Source of the DNA: an uncultured delta proteobacterium
Lineage (GTDB): Bacteria; Myxococcota; Myxococcia; Myxococcales; Myxococcaceae
Reading direction: 5' to 3'
NCBI GenBank assembly: GCA_963796055.1
Contig: CAWCKH010000003.1
Coordinates: forward strand, 160,001-224,000
Length of the DNA stretch: 64,000 bases
Numbering within the stretch: the stretch's first letter is position 1; each line of letters opens with the position of its first letter. The notes under the pieces were generated by a model, which searched no databases, was not told where the DNA came from, and saw only the letters and a list, made by a program, of their open reading frames with translations. Both the position numbers and the translations under genes were made by a program. Shown in pieces: positions 10,706-21,432 of this stretch.

Positions 10706-11716
10706 TCAGCCGTCGCGATGGAGCCGGGGCCCGAGGAAGGCCAACGAACGATCGAATCGATAGGTCGTACCCATGTGGCCGTCCTCGTACTCCTCGTGGA
10801 CCACGGTGGCCCGGCCACCGGTCACCATCCGGGCCAGCATCCGCGCGCCCCACTGAAGCCCGAACTCGTCGCGCGTTCCGCAGTCGATGAAGAGACTGTG
10901 GAGCGTGCGATACGGCTCCGCGTCCCGCTCGACGAAGCGCACCGGATCCTCCGCCAGCCAGGTGGCCCAGAGCCGCTGGTCGATGCGCGCCGTCGCGAGA
11001 TCGAATGGCAGCGCCACACCCAGCGGCTGCGCGGGATCCGGCGAGTAGGCCGCGGCCATCGCCAGGAGATTCACCACCGCGTGATCATCCCCGCCCATCT
11101 TCGTCTCCCGCACCCGCCGCTGGAACCCGTCCCACCAGGCCTGCACTCCGCCGGCCCGCGACAGCGCGGAGGCGGCCCTGGGAAACTCGGGCAGGTAGCA
11201 GTACTCGAAGTAGGCGTCCGCGGAGTGCGAGACCATGTGGCCGAACACCCCGGGGAAGCGGCGCACCAGCTGCCAGCCTGCGTACCCGCCCGAGCTCCGC
11301 CCCGCCACCGCCCGTGCAGCCGGCGAGCGGAGCGTGGTGTACGTCCGGTCGACGTGCCCCAGCACGTCCTGGACGATCATCTGTCCGTAGGCGCCGTTGC
11401 CGGGGGAGTCGATCCACTGGCTTCCCCCGAGGGCGGTGAACCCGTCGGGGAACACCGTCAGGAACGGTGGCACCCCCGAGGCGAAGAGCGCGTCCAGCCG
11501 ATCGAGGATGCCGGGCGTGAACGGCGAGACGTTGAACCACCCCAGGGCCGAGCCCGTGAACGCGTGCAGCAGGACCACCACGGGGTAGCGCTTGCCACCC
11601 GACCCGTAGCCCTCGGGGAGGTATACCGGGCAGGGGCGATCGACCGGGTCCCCGCGCGGGTTCCCCACCAGGGCAACGCAGTGAATCGTCCGGATGTCGA
11701 GCTGGCCACGAGGCAC
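10706..11716 (-). CDS. Alpha/beta-hydrolase esterase (enterochelin esterase-like)
   Basis: VYLPEGY...RYPVVVLLH, nucleophile elbow GRSSGG, IDCGTRDEF, EYEDGH. Confidence 0.88.
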   Translation of the reverse strand: MPRGQLDIRTIHCVALVGNPRGDPVDRPCPVYLPEGYGSGGKRYPVVVLLHAFTGSALGWFNVSPFTPGILDRLDALFASGVPPFLTVFPDGFTALGGSQWIDSPGNGAYGQMIVQDVLGHVDRTYTTLRSPAARAVAGRSSGGYAGWQLVRRFPGVFGHMVSHSADAYFEYCYLPEFPRAASALSRAGGVQAWWDGFQRRVRETKMGGDDHAVVNLLAMAAAYSPDPAQPLGVALPFDLATARIDQRLWATWLAEDPVRFVERDAEPYRTLHSLFIDCGTRDEFGLQWGARMLARMVTGGRATVVHEEYEDGHMGTTYRFDRSLAFLGPRLHRDG

Positions 11717-11733
11717 GGCGGGCGAGTCTGCCC

Positions 11734-12582
11734 TCAGGCCACGGGCTTCGGGAAGCGCGCCATGACCGCCTGGAGGTCCGTCCAGGCGGGCTTCTTCTCG
11801 GCCGGGTTACGGAGCAGGTAGGCCGGATGGAAGGTGGGCATCAGCGGAATGCCCACGTATTCGCGCCACTGTCCCCGCAGCCGGGTGATGGGCGTGTCCG
11901 TCCGGAGCAGCGTCTGGGCGGCGAACTTCCCCAGCGCCACGATGACCTCGGGCCGGATGGCATGGAGCTGCGCCTCGAGGAAGGGCTGGCAGGCCTGGAT
12001 CTCCTCCGGCTCGGGGTTCCGGTTCCCGGGCGGGCGGCACTTGACCACGTTGCAGATGTAGACCTCGTCGCGGCCGTAGCCCATCGCGGCGATCATCTTC
12101 GTCAGCAGCTGCCCGGCGGCCCCGACGAACGGCATGCCCTGCTTGTCCTCCTCGGCCCCCGGCCCCTCGCCGACGAAGACCAGGCGTGCCTTCGGATTGC
12201 CGACACCGAAGACGAGGTTCGTCCGCCCCGAGCAAAGCTTGCAGCGCTTGCAGTCGCCGAGCGCCCGGCGGACCTCGTCCAGACGCGGCGGTTCCGCGGA
12301 CGTTCGGGCGACGGCCGGGAAGTCGATAGGAGCGGCCGGGGAAGGCGCCGGAGCGGCGGCCAGCTCGGCCGAGAGCTCGGTGTACTCGACCACCACCGGA
12401 GGGGTGCTCGACCCCTCGACCGTGACCTCGACCGACATCGCCGCGGACATCCCCGCCAGCGCCCCATCAGCAGCCGTCTGCAGCTCCTCCCCTGCCACGT
12501 CCCGGTGCCAGCCCAGGTACCGCCGCAGGTCCGCGAGGACTCCCGCGAGCGCATCCGTTGCCGGAACCGCCTCGTCCGCCAC
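11734..12582 (-). CDS. udg: Uracil-DNA glycosylase family 4 (Fe-S)
   Basis: [44 protein letters not shown] 12582 follows a GGAGG-like SD. Confidence 0.93.
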   Translation of the reverse strand: MADEAVPATDALAGVLADLRRYLGWHRDVAGEELQTAADGALAGMSAAMSVEVTVEGSSTPPVVVEYTELSAELAAAPAPSPAAPIDFPAVARTSAEPPRLDEVRRALGDCKRCKLCSGRTNLVFGVGNPKARLVFVGEGPGAEEDKQGMPFVGAAGQLLTKMIAAMGYGRDEVYICNVVKCRPPGNRNPEPEEIQACQPFLEAQLHAIRPEVIVALGKFAAQTLLRTDTPITRLRGQWREYVGIPLMPTFHPAYLLRNPAEKKPAWTDLQAVMARFPKPVA

Positions 12583-12689
12583 GTTCGATGTCCCTCCCCT
12601 GCCGGCAACGATCGCCAGGCAAAGCGAGAGGACTGTGGCATCCCGGTCCGACAAGCCGACGGCATGCGACGCGTCCCGGGCGAAGCAGG

Positions 12690-13622
12690 TCAGCTCGTCG
12701 AACCCGATCGGAGCGCGTCGGAGAGGAGCCGGCGGATCTCCTTGACCGCGGGAGCCTCGTACCGCGCGGTGTTCCGGGCCAGCGTCACCACCCGCTCCAT
12801 CCTCGGAGAACCCAGGGCGATCGCCTTCAGTGGCGGGCTGGGCACATCCAGCGCGCTGCGCGGGACGAGGGCAATCCCCAGCCCCGCCGAGACGAGGGCA
12901 CGGACCGTTCCCATGTTCGGAGTCGAGAAGCCGATCCGGGGCGCGAAACCGGCACGTCGGGTGGCGAGGGTGAGCATCGTGCGGATGGTCGCTCCGGCAC
13001 GGAAGGTGACGAACGTCTCCTCACGGAGCTCCTCCAGCTCCACCGTCCCCCGCTCCGCCAGACGGTGCTGCGCCGCGACGATGACCACCACCGGCTCGGT
13101 GTAGAGCCGCCCCAGGGCAATGGCCTGTCCTGCCGATCGCATCCCCACCAGCGTCGTTCCCACGCGCCCGAGGTGGATGAGCCCGAGATCCACCTCCCCG
13201 CGTTGCAGAAGCTCCAGGACCTGCCGGGTGTGGACCTCGCGAAAGACGATGCGGATGCGGGGATGCCGCTCCCGGAAGGATGCCAGGAGGCTCGGCAGGC
13301 GGCCCTCGACGACCGTCTGGAGGGCACAGCCAATCCGCACGGTTCCGCCACGCACCCCGGCATGGGTCATCATCTCCTGGGTGGCATCCTGCACCGCCAG
13401 CAGGATGGGCTCCGCGCGGGCGACCAGCCGGGTACCCGCCTCGGTCAGTCCCGAGGTGCGGTTCGTGCGGGCGACGAGGAGCACACCCAGCTCCTGCTCC
13501 AGCGTCCGGATCTGCTGCGAGAGCGCCGGCTGCGCGATGCGGAGCCGCCGGGCCGCGCGGGTGAAGTTGCCTTCCCGGGCGAGCGCGACCAGCGAACGGA
13601 GGTGTCGAAGCTCGTTGGCTAC
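12690..13622 (-). CDS. LysR family transcriptional regulator; no canonical start codon ahead of the HTH
   Basis: The frame extends beyond the track start (13484) as [46 protein letters not shown] up to an in-frame TAA at 13623-13625. Confidence 0.85.
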   Translation of the reverse strand, partial: VANELRHLRSLVALAREGNFTRAARRLRIAQPALSQQIRTLEQELGVLLVARTNRTSGLTEAGTRLVARAEPILLAVQDATQEMMTHAGVRGGTVRIGCALQTVVEGRLPSLLASFRERHPRIRIVFREVHTRQVLELLQRGEVDLGLIHLGRVGTTLVGMRSAGQAIALGRLYTEPVVVIVAAQHRLAERGTVELEELREETFVTFRAGATIRTMLTLATRRAGFAPRIGFSTPNMGTVRALVSAGLGIALVPRSALDVPSPPLKAIALGSPRMERVVTLARNTARYEAPAVKEIRRLLSDALRSGSTS

Positions 13623-13663
13623 TTACCGTGAGCGTCCCTAGGGATCTCCCGCTGGAGGTCGCC

Positions 13664-14665
13664 ATGACGCACGGACAGGTGAGGCTGGGACGGAGAACGG
13701 TGTTGGAGGGCGCAACCGCCGCGCTCGCGCTGCCGGCGGTCTCCAGGCTGGTGCGTGCCGCCGCCCGGCCCCAGGAGACGCCGGCGCTGGCGATCCTCTA
13801 CCTGAATGGTGGCCCGGCCGGTCTCTTCAACAGCGCAGGGTCCTTCGTGGAGAAGCGCAGCTTCGGCGTGACCCCGGACAACGTCCGTCCACTGGGAAAC
13901 GGACTGGTGGTGGACGCCGCGACCCTGGGAACGCTGCCCGCGGCGGCGCTGCTCCAGACCGGCAGCCGCAGCAACCTCCTGCTCCTCGCCGCGGCCATCG
14001 CCAGTCCGGCGCCGATCCGCTGCGCCGTGGTCAACAACCTCGGACTCCCGGTCGGGGTCGACCGGACGCCCCCCGCGGAGAACGGGGTGATGCTGGAGCG
14101 GGTGCTGGATCTGGAGTCCATCCCGGTGCTGACCGACCCGGCACAGCCTTCACCCCGCGCAGCTCAGATCGCTGCCGCATACGACGTGGGCCCCGAGGTG
14201 AACGCCATCTCCGACCTGAAGACCACCCTGCTGGCCACCGAGCTCCTGCTGCGCTCCGGGACCGGCGTGGTGTTCGCGCAGCCGGCCTTCGTCGGTCGGG
14301 CGGATCGACAGTTCGACACCCACAGCGACAGCGAGGGCGTGAAGGCTCGCGACATCATGTCCTCGTTGCTCAAGGACCTCCGGACCCTTCTCGCCCGTGC
14401 GTCGGACATTCCCGGGCGCAACGTGGTCGTCGCGCTGATGGGAGAGTTCAGCCGCACGATCGGTGCATCGGATCACGCACCAGGTGGGACGGCGACGGTC
14501 ATCGGAAAGCACGTGAAGACCGGAACGGCAGGTCCTCAGACTCCCGGAGGACTCCCGCCACCGAGCAGCCCTCCGCCGGCGGGACTCTGGGCGTACCTGG
14601 CCACCGTGCTCCGGATCGCGGACCACCCATTCGGGGTGAACCCCCATCCGGAGCTGGTCGCCTGA
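13664..14665 (+). CDS. DUF1501-like exported protein with Tat-like signal
   Basis: GGAGG SD before ATG 13664; GRRTVL signal; LYLNGG, FDTH, GEFSRT and DH motifs typical of DUF1501. Confidence 0.7.
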   Translation: MTHGQVRLGRRTVLEGATAALALPAVSRLVRAAARPQETPALAILYLNGGPAGLFNSAGSFVEKRSFGVTPDNVRPLGNGLVVDAATLGTLPAAALLQTGSRSNLLLLAAAIASPAPIRCAVVNNLGLPVGVDRTPPAENGVMLERVLDLESIPVLTDPAQPSPRAAQIAAAYDVGPEVNAISDLKTTLLATELLLRSGTGVVFAQPAFVGRADRQFDTHSDSEGVKARDIMSSLLKDLRTLLARASDIPGRNVVVALMGEFSRTIGASDHAPGGTATVIGKHVKTGTAGPQTPGGLPPPSSPPPAGLWAYLATVLRIADHPFGVNPHPELVA

Positions 14666-14693
14666 CCTCGCTTGAGGAGACGACGTCTGGCCG

Positions 14694-15935
14694 TCAGGAG
14701 GTCGCTGCCGTGGACGCCGTTCGAAGCGCCTGGATCCGGTCCCACAGTCCGGCTGCGACGGCGTCCTTGGTCCCGGAGAGCTCGAGCCGGCCCCCGGCGC
14801 GGTCCACGAGCACCACCGCGTTGGTGTCCACGCCGAACCCCGCGTCCGACCTGCCCACGTCGTTGGCGACGATGAGGTCCAGGCCCTTGCGCAGGAGCTT
14901 CGCGGTGGCGTTCTCCACCACGTTCTCGGTTTCCGCCGCAAAGCCGACGATGAGCGGTCGGCGTGCCAGCCCCCGGCCGCGCTCGGCGGCGAGGGCCAGC
15001 ACGTCGGGCGTCCGGAGCAGCGCCAGCGGCGCGTCCGCTCCCGCCTGGTCCTTCTTCACCTTCTGTTCGGCCCGATGCGCCGGACGCCAGTCGCTGACCG
15101 CGGCCGTCGCGACCAGCACGTCGGTGCGCTCGAGGCGGGGCAGCACCGCATCGCGCATCTCCTCGGCGCTGACCACGTCGACGACCTCGAGCCCCGCGCG
15201 CTCGACCGGGCCCACCGGACCCAGGACGACGGTCACCTGCGCTCCCCGCGCCCGCGCCGCCCGGGCCACCGCCAGCCCCATCTTCCCGGTGCTCGGGTTG
15301 CTGATGAAGCGCACCGGGTCCAGGAACTCGCGGGTCGGCCCCGCGGTGACCAGTACCCGCGTTCCGGCCAGCGGACCCTCGCCCAGCAGCTCGGCCGCCG
15401 CATCGACGATCTGCTCCGGCTCGCTCAGTCGCCCCGAGCCCACCTCTCCGCACGCCAGGAGGCCCGAGCCCGGTCCGACGAAGCGGTACTTCGCCTCCCT
15501 CGCCAGCACCGCGAGGTTGCGCTGTGTGGCCGGGTTCTCCCACATCGCGGTGTTCATCGCCGGGGCGAGCAGCACAGTGCCGCGGTAGGCCAGCAAGGTC
15601 GCGGCGAGGGCGTCGTTGCCCATCCCGGCCACGATGCGGGCCAGGAGGTCCGCAGTCGCCGGGGCGACCACGAACAGCTCGGACCACCGCGCGAACTCGA
15701 TGTGCCCGAACGCCACCTCCTGCGAGGCATCGAGGATGTCGGTGAGCACCGGATGGCCGCTCAGCGCCTGGAAGGTCAAGGGCGTGACGAACGAGGTCGC
15801 CGCCGGCGTCATCGCCACCCGCACCTGCGCTCCCGAGCGCTGCAGCGCGCGCACCAGCTCGGCGGCCTTGTACGCCGCGATGCCACCACCGACACCCAGC
15901 CCGATGCGGCGGCCCTGGAGGACGCTCCGGTCCAT
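14694..15935 (-). CDS. coaBC: Bifunctional phosphopantothenoylcysteine decarboxylase/synthase
   Basis: [51 protein letters not shown]. Confidence 0.96.
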   Translation of the reverse strand: MDRSVLQGRRIGLGVGGGIAAYKAAELVRALQRSGAQVRVAMTPAATSFVTPLTFQALSGHPVLTDILDASQEVAFGHIEFARWSELFVVAPATADLLARIVAGMGNDALAATLLAYRGTVLLAPAMNTAMWENPATQRNLAVLAREAKYRFVGPGSGLLACGEVGSGRLSEPEQIVDAAAELLGEGPLAGTRVLVTAGPTREFLDPVRFISNPSTGKMGLAVARAARARGAQVTVVLGPVGPVERAGLEVVDVVSAEEMRDAVLPRLERTDVLVATAAVSDWRPAHRAEQKVKKDQAGADAPLALLRTPDVLALAAERGRGLARRPLIVGFAAETENVVENATAKLLRKGLDLIVANDVGRSDAGFGVDTNAVVLVDRAGGRLELSGTKDAVAAGLWDRIQALRTASTAATS

Positions 15936-15988
15936 CTCGAGGGAAGGCTTAGCCCCCACCCATGGCCCCGGCAACTTCACGGTGGCCG

Positions 15989-16678
15989 TCAGCGGCCAGA
16001 GGCCGGGCGGGCACCGTCTCGCCCGGGCCCGGAGGCGACATCCGGCAGGCTCACCGTCGTCTCGGTGACCGCACCGTCCACGGCCTCCACCGAGGTGACC
16101 GCCTGGGCTCCGCTTCCCTCGAGCTGCGCCTCGACCAGGAGCCGGCCGGCAGGCAGGCCGAGGAAGCGCAACACACCGTCGGCATCCGTGCCCCGGTCCG
16201 CCTGGAGCACCCCCTCCGGATGCAGCAGCGGGCGTACCGAGATGAGCGCCCCCTGGACCGGCCGCCCGCTGGAGACGACGTGCACCCGGAGCCCTGCCCG
16301 GGGTGCGAGCCGGAGATCGATCCTCGAGGCCGGGGCACGGGCCTCGGCGCTGGCGAAGCCGAGGTCCGAATGGTGCGCCTCGACCCGGATCACAGTCCCG
16401 TCCGCGACCGGCAGCTCGAACCGGCCTGCCTCGTCGGACCGTGCCGTCGTGCCATCCGGCAGGCCGATCACCTCGACCCCGGGGGCCGCCCGTCCCTCGG
16501 AGGTGATCACGTGCCCCGACACGCCATGGATGGACGCCTTTGGCACCTCGGGCCGTTCGCGGCGGTGGGCGCCGAGCTCCCAGAGCCCCACCACGAGCAG
16601 CGCCACCGCCGCGGCGATCCACGGCCAGAGCCGCCGCTTCCGGTACGTGGGCCGGACCTCGAGGGTGCGCGGGCTCAC
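15989..16678 (-). CDS. Membrane-anchored protein with carboxypeptidase-regulatory-like (transthyretin-like) domains
   Basis: Single N-terminal TM followed by two G.V...G.P..G..V / TD..G.F repeats. Confidence 0.7.
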   Translation of the reverse strand: MSPRTLEVRPTYRKRRLWPWIAAAVALLVVGLWELGAHRRERPEVPKASIHGVSGHVITSEGRAAPGVEVIGLPDGTTARSDEAGRFELPVADGTVIRVEAHHSDLGFASAEARAPASRIDLRLAPRAGLRVHVVSSGRPVQGALISVRPLLHPEGVLQADRGTDADGVLRFLGLPAGRLLVEAQLEGSGAQAVTSVEAVDGAVTETTVSLPDVASGPGRDGARPASGR

Positions 16679-16679
16679 C

Positions 16680-17951
16680 TCACTCCTCCGCGAACGGCTG
16701 CACGGCCTGCGCCGCGGCGAGCTCCTGGCGCACCTCGGACAGCTCGTTGTTCGTCGCCCGCAGCCTGTCCGACAGGACCTGGACGAAGCTCCAGAGGAGC
16801 TTCACCGCCAGGATCGGCTCGCGCTTCATGAGCTGCATCAGCTCGGCGCGGGCGATGACCATCGCCCGGGTCGGCTCCAGCGCGCGCACCGTGGCGCTCC
16901 TGGGCGCGTGGTCCACCAGCCCCATCTCGCCGAAGTGGCCGCCGGGGCGCAGCTCGGCGACGCTCACCCCGCCGGTCTCCACCCGTACCCGGCCTCGCAC
17001 CAGGATGAACAGCTCGTCGCCGGAGTGGCCCTCGGTGACGATCTCCTCGTCCACGGGGAAGCTCCGGGTCGAGGCGATGGAGAGGATGGCCGTCTGCTCC
17101 TTGTAGGTGAGGTGGCGAAAGATGGGGATGCTCTTCAGCACCTCCATCCGGCTGGTGGTCTCCTCCAGCTCCTCCAGCGGCGCGCCGGAATCGGAGATGC
17201 CGACCACCACCGCGGTGACGTTGTCCTTTCCGCCGCGGTCGTTGGCCAGGGCGATCAGCTTCGCCGGCAGCTCGCCGAGTGGAGTGCCGTCGATGACCGC
17301 GGGCAGCTCGTCGTCGGGCACGTAGCCGTGGAGGCCGTCGGAGCAGAGCAGGAACAGATCCCGGGGGAGCAGGTCCACCATCAGGGTGTCGACCTGGACC
17401 GACTCCTGGATGCCCACCGCGCGGGTGATGACGTTGCGAAGCTGCGAGGCCTGCGCCTGCTCGCGGGTCAGTGTGCCCGCCTTGAGCTGGGCGGCGATGA
17501 GCGTGTGGTCCTCGGTGAGCCGGTGCGCCTGCCCCCCGCGCAGCAGGTACACCCGGCTGTCCCCCACGTGCCCCACGATGGCCTTGGTGCCGGCGAGCAC
17601 CAGGCACACCACGGTGGTCCCCATCCCTCGCTTGCTCGCATCGGCCGCCGCCAGCCGGTACACCTCGGCGCAGGCGCGCTGGATGGCGGTCTCCACCAGC
17701 GCTGCCGCCGCGGCCCGGGCCTCGGAGGTGCTGGCCTGGCCGAGATCCGCCAGGACCTGACGCCCCGCGGTGAGCTGCTGCCGGACCACCTCCACCGCCC
17801 GCTGACTCGCCACCTCGCCCGCGGCGTGTCCCCCCATGCCGTCGGCGACGACGAACAGGCCGAGCTCGGGGTCGACGGCGAAGGCATCCTCGTTGTGCTG
17901 GCGCTTCCGCCCGACGTCGGTCAGACCGTAGGCCTCGGCCGTCAGGGCCAC
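16680..17951 (-). CDS. PP2C Ser/Thr phosphatase with C-terminal cyclic-nucleotide-binding domain
   Basis: TDVGRKRQHNED, VADGMGG, HVGDSR, CSDGL, GGKDN; C-terminal GGHFGEMGLVDHAPRSATVRA. Confidence 0.93.
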   Translation of the reverse strand: MALTAEAYGLTDVGRKRQHNEDAFAVDPELGLFVVADGMGGHAAGEVASQRAVEVVRQQLTAGRQVLADLGQASTSEARAAAAALVETAIQRACAEVYRLAAADASKRGMGTTVVCLVLAGTKAIVGHVGDSRVYLLRGGQAHRLTEDHTLIAAQLKAGTLTREQAQASQLRNVITRAVGIQESVQVDTLMVDLLPRDLFLLCSDGLHGYVPDDELPAVIDGTPLGELPAKLIALANDRGGKDNVTAVVVGISDSGAPLEELEETTSRMEVLKSIPIFRHLTYKEQTAILSIASTRSFPVDEEIVTEGHSGDELFILVRGRVRVETGGVSVAELRPGGHFGEMGLVDHAPRSATVRALEPTRAMVIARAELMQLMKREPILAVKLLWSFVQVLSDRLRATNNELSEVRQELAAAQAVQPFAEE

Positions 17952-18012
17952 TGGCGCGCTCCGCTCATCGCTGGCAACCGTGCGCGCCAGAATAGCGTAA
18001 AGGCCGGTCCGG

Positions 18013-18621
18013 CTAGCGCCAGTTGAAGAAGATGCCGCCGGAGAAACCGCCGATGTCGTTCGGGGAGTAGAGCCGCGGGTCCTTGTTCCACGGCTGCAGC
18101 ACGCCGATGCTCACCCCGATCACCACCCGGCCGACGCGATAGCCGCCCTCGAGCCGGCCTTCCACCGTGCCGGCGGTGCTGGTGTCCTCGTGGACCGGCC
18201 CGCTGAACGTGGCGTAGTTGGCGCCGAAGATCGTCACCCCGGCGGTGATCCGCCCGCCCACGTGCCAGCCCTGGGCCCAGTCGCCCTCGTAGGCGATGCC
18301 GCCGAGGATGTGCCACTGGTGGAGCTCGGTGAGTGGCGGATCGGCGTTCTCGTTGGTGACGCTCCGCTTCCCCACCGCCCAGCCGCCGCCGCCCTCGACG
18401 ATGAGGTTCAGGCTGTCGATCCGCTGCTGCACCACCGGGATGTGCCAGGCGATGCGGAGCTCGGGAGTGACGTTGCCGTTCTGGAAGAAGGTCAGGATCG
18501 CGACCTCCCGGGGCAGCCAGGCCGGAACCAGCGCAGGGGGCTTCTCGGCCACCCGCTGGGCGAAGGCGGGGGCCCCGAGAAGGACGGCTGCCAGGAGTGC
18601 AACAGGGGGAACTCGGCGCAT
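18013..18621 (-). CDS. Exported, probably outer-membrane beta-barrel hypothetical protein
   Basis: Signal peptide MRRVPPVALLAAVLLGAPAFA; amphipathic strands; aromatic C-terminus GGIFFNWR. Confidence 0.65.
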   Translation of the reverse strand: MRRVPPVALLAAVLLGAPAFAQRVAEKPPALVPAWLPREVAILTFFQNGNVTPELRIAWHIPVVQQRIDSLNLIVEGGGGWAVGKRSVTNENADPPLTELHQWHILGGIAYEGDWAQGWHVGGRITAGVTIFGANYATFSGPVHEDTSTAGTVEGRLEGGYRVGRVVIGVSIGVLQPWNKDPRLYSPNDIGGFSGGIFFNWR

Positions 18622-18779
18622 AAGTGGGCTGTCGGCTTGGCAGTTTTCCAAGGACATTGTCAACGGTCAGCCACGTCGACTAGAGACCTGCGCTCGTGGT
18701 CGGCACATACCCCACGATGCCGGTGCGACCCACCCCTTCCGGGGCGACAGGGAGCCGGCGCGAGGAGTCTCACCAGGAC

Positions 18780-18968
18780 ATGGCACTCAAGACCATCAAG
18801 GCGCGGGCGGCGCAGGCTGCTGAGCTGCTCGAGTCGCTCAAGCGGCTGGCGCGGGTGCGGCGGGAGGCATGCAGCTCGCCGGTGCTCGTCGTCTACGGGC
18901 AGAACGAAGCCGCCAGCATCTACTTCGAAGGAGAGGATGGCGCTCCCCGGACCGGCCGGGGCCACTAG
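18780..18968 (+). CDS. Small hypothetical protein (62 aa)
   Basis: AGGA before ATG 18780; MALKTIKARAAQAAELLESLKRL...PVLVVYGQNEAASIYFE; GC3-rich codons. Confidence 0.55.
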   Translation: MALKTIKARAAQAAELLESLKRLARVRREACSSPVLVVYGQNEAASIYFEGEDGAPRTGRGH

Positions 18969-19094
18969 CGCCTCGGGGGCCCGGGCGGACGGTTCGTTCG
19001 CGGATCTTCGTGCTGCACTTTCCTTGAGTTCGAGGATCCTTGTGTGTAGAGCGCGGGGAGTTCCGATCCGGCCCATTCCCTCGGGGTTTCCTCG

Positions 19095-20462
19095 TTGCTC
19101 GTAGCGCTGTTGGCCCTCACTGTCGCGGCGCCCACCTGCGGTCCGCTCGACCTCCAGACCGCCCAGGCCCTCGCGCTGGCCCGGAGCGACGAGGTGGCCA
19201 TCAAGCGGAGCGAGCTGGCCGCGGCGGAGGCGGAGAAGGGGTTCGCCACCGCCATCAGGTTCTTGCCCGAGTTCTCCGCCAACGTACCGGTGGGGGTGGT
19301 CCCCGGAGCCCGGCTGAAGGACCCGACGAACGGAAACGACATCACCCAGATCGACAGCGGCAGCAATCGCGGCCTCACCGACCTCGGAGCGTTCATCCGG
19401 ATCGAGGTCAACGCGCTCCAGCCCCTCTGGACCTGGGGACGGCTCGATGCCGCCAATGACGCGGCCGCGGCCGGCGTGAGAGCCGGCAAGTTCCAGGTCG
19501 ACAGCACCGCCAACGAGATCCGCGCCCGGGTTCTACAGCTGGTGATGGGCATCCGCGTCGCCACCCGCTTGCTGGCCATCGCCGCCGACGTGCAGAAGGC
19601 GCTCAAGGAGGCGGACGCCCGGGTCCAGAAGTCGCTGAAGGCGAACGACGGCGAGATCACCCCCGAGGACCGCTACCGGATCGAGATCTTCCGGAGCCAA
19701 CTGAACCAGCGTATCGCCGACGGCGAGCGCGAGCTGCGCGTCGGCCGGGTCCAGCTCGCAGCGACCCTGGCCATGGAGCCGAACCGGTTACAGCTCCTCG
19801 ACGAGCCGCTTCCCGACACCTCTCAGATCCGAGCGCCGGAACCGGCGACGGCGGTGGCCGAGGCAGAACAACAGCGCCCGGACCTCAAGGCGCTCGACCA
19901 GGGCATCCTGGCGAAGGAGGCGGACGTCCGGGCCAGTCGGGCGGAGCTGTTGCCTCAGCTGGGGATCATCGGCCAGTTCGCCTACTCGCGCGCGGCAGGA
20001 CGCGACACCATCACCAACCCCTACGTGGGGGACTATTTCAATGCGCTGACCATCGGCGCAGCGCTGGGTATCAAGCAGAACCTCTCGTTCTGGACGGTCA
20101 TCACCCGCACCAACAAGAAGGAGGCGGAGCTGAACACGATCCGCAAGCAACGGGCGGGACTGGCCCGGCTGATCCAGGTCGAGGTGGAGACTGCGGTGGC
20201 CGAGCTGTCGGCGGCCATCACCAAGCGCGAGGCCGCCGCCAAGGCAGTCGCCGCCGGCCGGAGCTGGTTCCGGAGCGCCACCCTGAACTTCGGGATCGGG
20301 GTCGGTGACGGCCGGGACCTCATCGACGCCTACCGCGGCTATGCGGAGGCACAGTACGGCGATGCCAGGGCGACCTTCGACCTCTTGGCCGCGCAGAGCC
20401 GGCTGGAGCAGGTGACTGGTCGCTTCGCGCCCACACCCGAGCTGAACTGCCAGATGCCCTGA
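19095..20462 (+). CDS. TolC/OEP family outer-membrane protein
   Basis: Signal peptide, two repeated helical/strand halves (QPLWTWGRL, RPDLKAL, AELLPQL), C-terminal LEQVTG. Confidence 0.85.
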   Translation: MLVALLALTVAAPTCGPLDLQTAQALALARSDEVAIKRSELAAAEAEKGFATAIRFLPEFSANVPVGVVPGARLKDPTNGNDITQIDSGSNRGLTDLGAFIRIEVNALQPLWTWGRLDAANDAAAAGVRAGKFQVDSTANEIRARVLQLVMGIRVATRLLAIAADVQKALKEADARVQKSLKANDGEITPEDRYRIEIFRSQLNQRIADGERELRVGRVQLAATLAMEPNRLQLLDEPLPDTSQIRAPEPATAVAEAEQQRPDLKALDQGILAKEADVRASRAELLPQLGIIGQFAYSRAAGRDTITNPYVGDYFNALTIGAALGIKQNLSFWTVITRTNKKEAELNTIRKQRAGLARLIQVEVETAVAELSAAITKREAAAKAVAAGRSWFRSATLNFGIGVGDGRDLIDAYRGYAEAQYGDARATFDLLAAQSRLEQVTGRFAPTPELNCQMP

Positions 20463-20475
20463 GTGGCTCCGCCGG

Positions 20476-21219
20476 TCAGCGTCCCGGTTCGGCGCCGGCT
20501 TCCCCGGGCGGTCCCTGCCGGGGAGCGGTCTCCCGCGTGCCGGCGTCGACGAGCCGGCCTCCCGTCTGTGCCTCCACCAGGTCCGGCGGCGGCCGGCGGT
20601 CGAGCAGGACGAAATCGGCGTAGTCCGCCTCGCTCGGTGACTTCGTCGCATCGCCGTCGGTCAGCACCGCGAGTCCGACCATGTCCGGCACGTCCTCCAG
20701 CCGTCCCCCGTAGTAGCGCACGAAGTCCCGCCGGGGATCGACCGTCTCGGTGTGCCAGGTGTCGAGCGCGCCTCCGCTCCGGAGCACCACCTCGCGCTTG
20801 GCGAAGAACAGGTTGTTGGCCAGCTCGCAGCTGCGGTTGGCCGGGCCCCCCGAGTTCCAGACGTACTTGATGACCATGACCTTCAGCCCGGCCTTGAAGG
20901 TGGCGAAGACGCCCGCGGCCGCATCGCCCACCTCGGGGTTGCAGTCGTCGCCCCCCTTCGGAAAGGCGAGCACGCGCCACCGCCAGCGCACCCCGGCCAG
21001 CGTGGTGCGGAGGGCCTCCGGCACCTCGATGCCCCGGACGACGGTGTCCAGCGGCGGGTGGTAGCGCGCAGCGAGGAACGGACCGTCGGGCCCGGTCTCG
21101 ACCCGGTAGTAGTCGACGGGCCCGGAGCTCTGCTTCACCACCTGGAAGGCGCGGATGTCGAGCGGCATGCCTTCGCCCGGTGAGGCGGAGAGCGCGACGC
21201 TGAACAGGACGGAGAGCAG
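20476..21219 (-). CDS. DUF3047 domain exported protein (putative CTG start)
   Basis: WRWRV, DAAAGVFATF, IKYVW, VVLRSG..TWHTE, GLAVLTDGDAT. SD GAGGAG lies 7 nt before CTG at 21219. Confidence 0.75.
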   Translation of the reverse strand: MLSVLFSVALSASPGEGMPLDIRAFQVVKQSSGPVDYYRVETGPDGPFLAARYHPPLDTVVRGIEVPEALRTTLAGVRWRWRVLAFPKGGDDCNPEVGDAAAGVFATFKAGLKVMVIKYVWNSGGPANRSCELANNLFFAKREVVLRSGGALDTWHTETVDPRRDFVRYYGGRLEDVPDMVGLAVLTDGDATKSPSEADYADFVLLDRRPPPDLVEAQTGGRLVDAGTRETAPRQGPPGEAGAEPGR

Positions 21220-21358
21220 GTTCTCACTCCTCGAGACGCCCCGGCCAGGCGGCCTGCACGCAAGCCTAGCAATGCCGCCTGCCCGGGCGAGATTCCGGGA
21301 GGGACTTCCGTGGGCTGGTCGGTCGTGGTACGCCCCGCGGCCCGGCAATGCCGGCAGA

Positions 21359-21432
21359 GGCTAGGTAGCTCAACTGGTTAGAGCGGCGGTCTCATAATCC
21401 GCAGGTTCCCGGTTCGATTCCGGGCCTAGCCA
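21359..21432 (+). tRNA. tRNA-Met(CAT), elongator type (Ile2 not excluded); CCA not encoded
   Basis: GGCTAGG/CCTAGCC acceptor, TAGCTCAACTGGTTAGAGC D arm, CTCATAA anticodon loop, GGTTCGATTCC T arm. Confidence 0.93.

Noticed and set aside
15075..18026. Very long plus-strand ORF (983 aa) and similar ones (40661-43333, 32119-34245, 24833-27004, 57938-59215)
   Set aside because: Antisense shadows of well-supported genes in high-GC DNA; no motifs.
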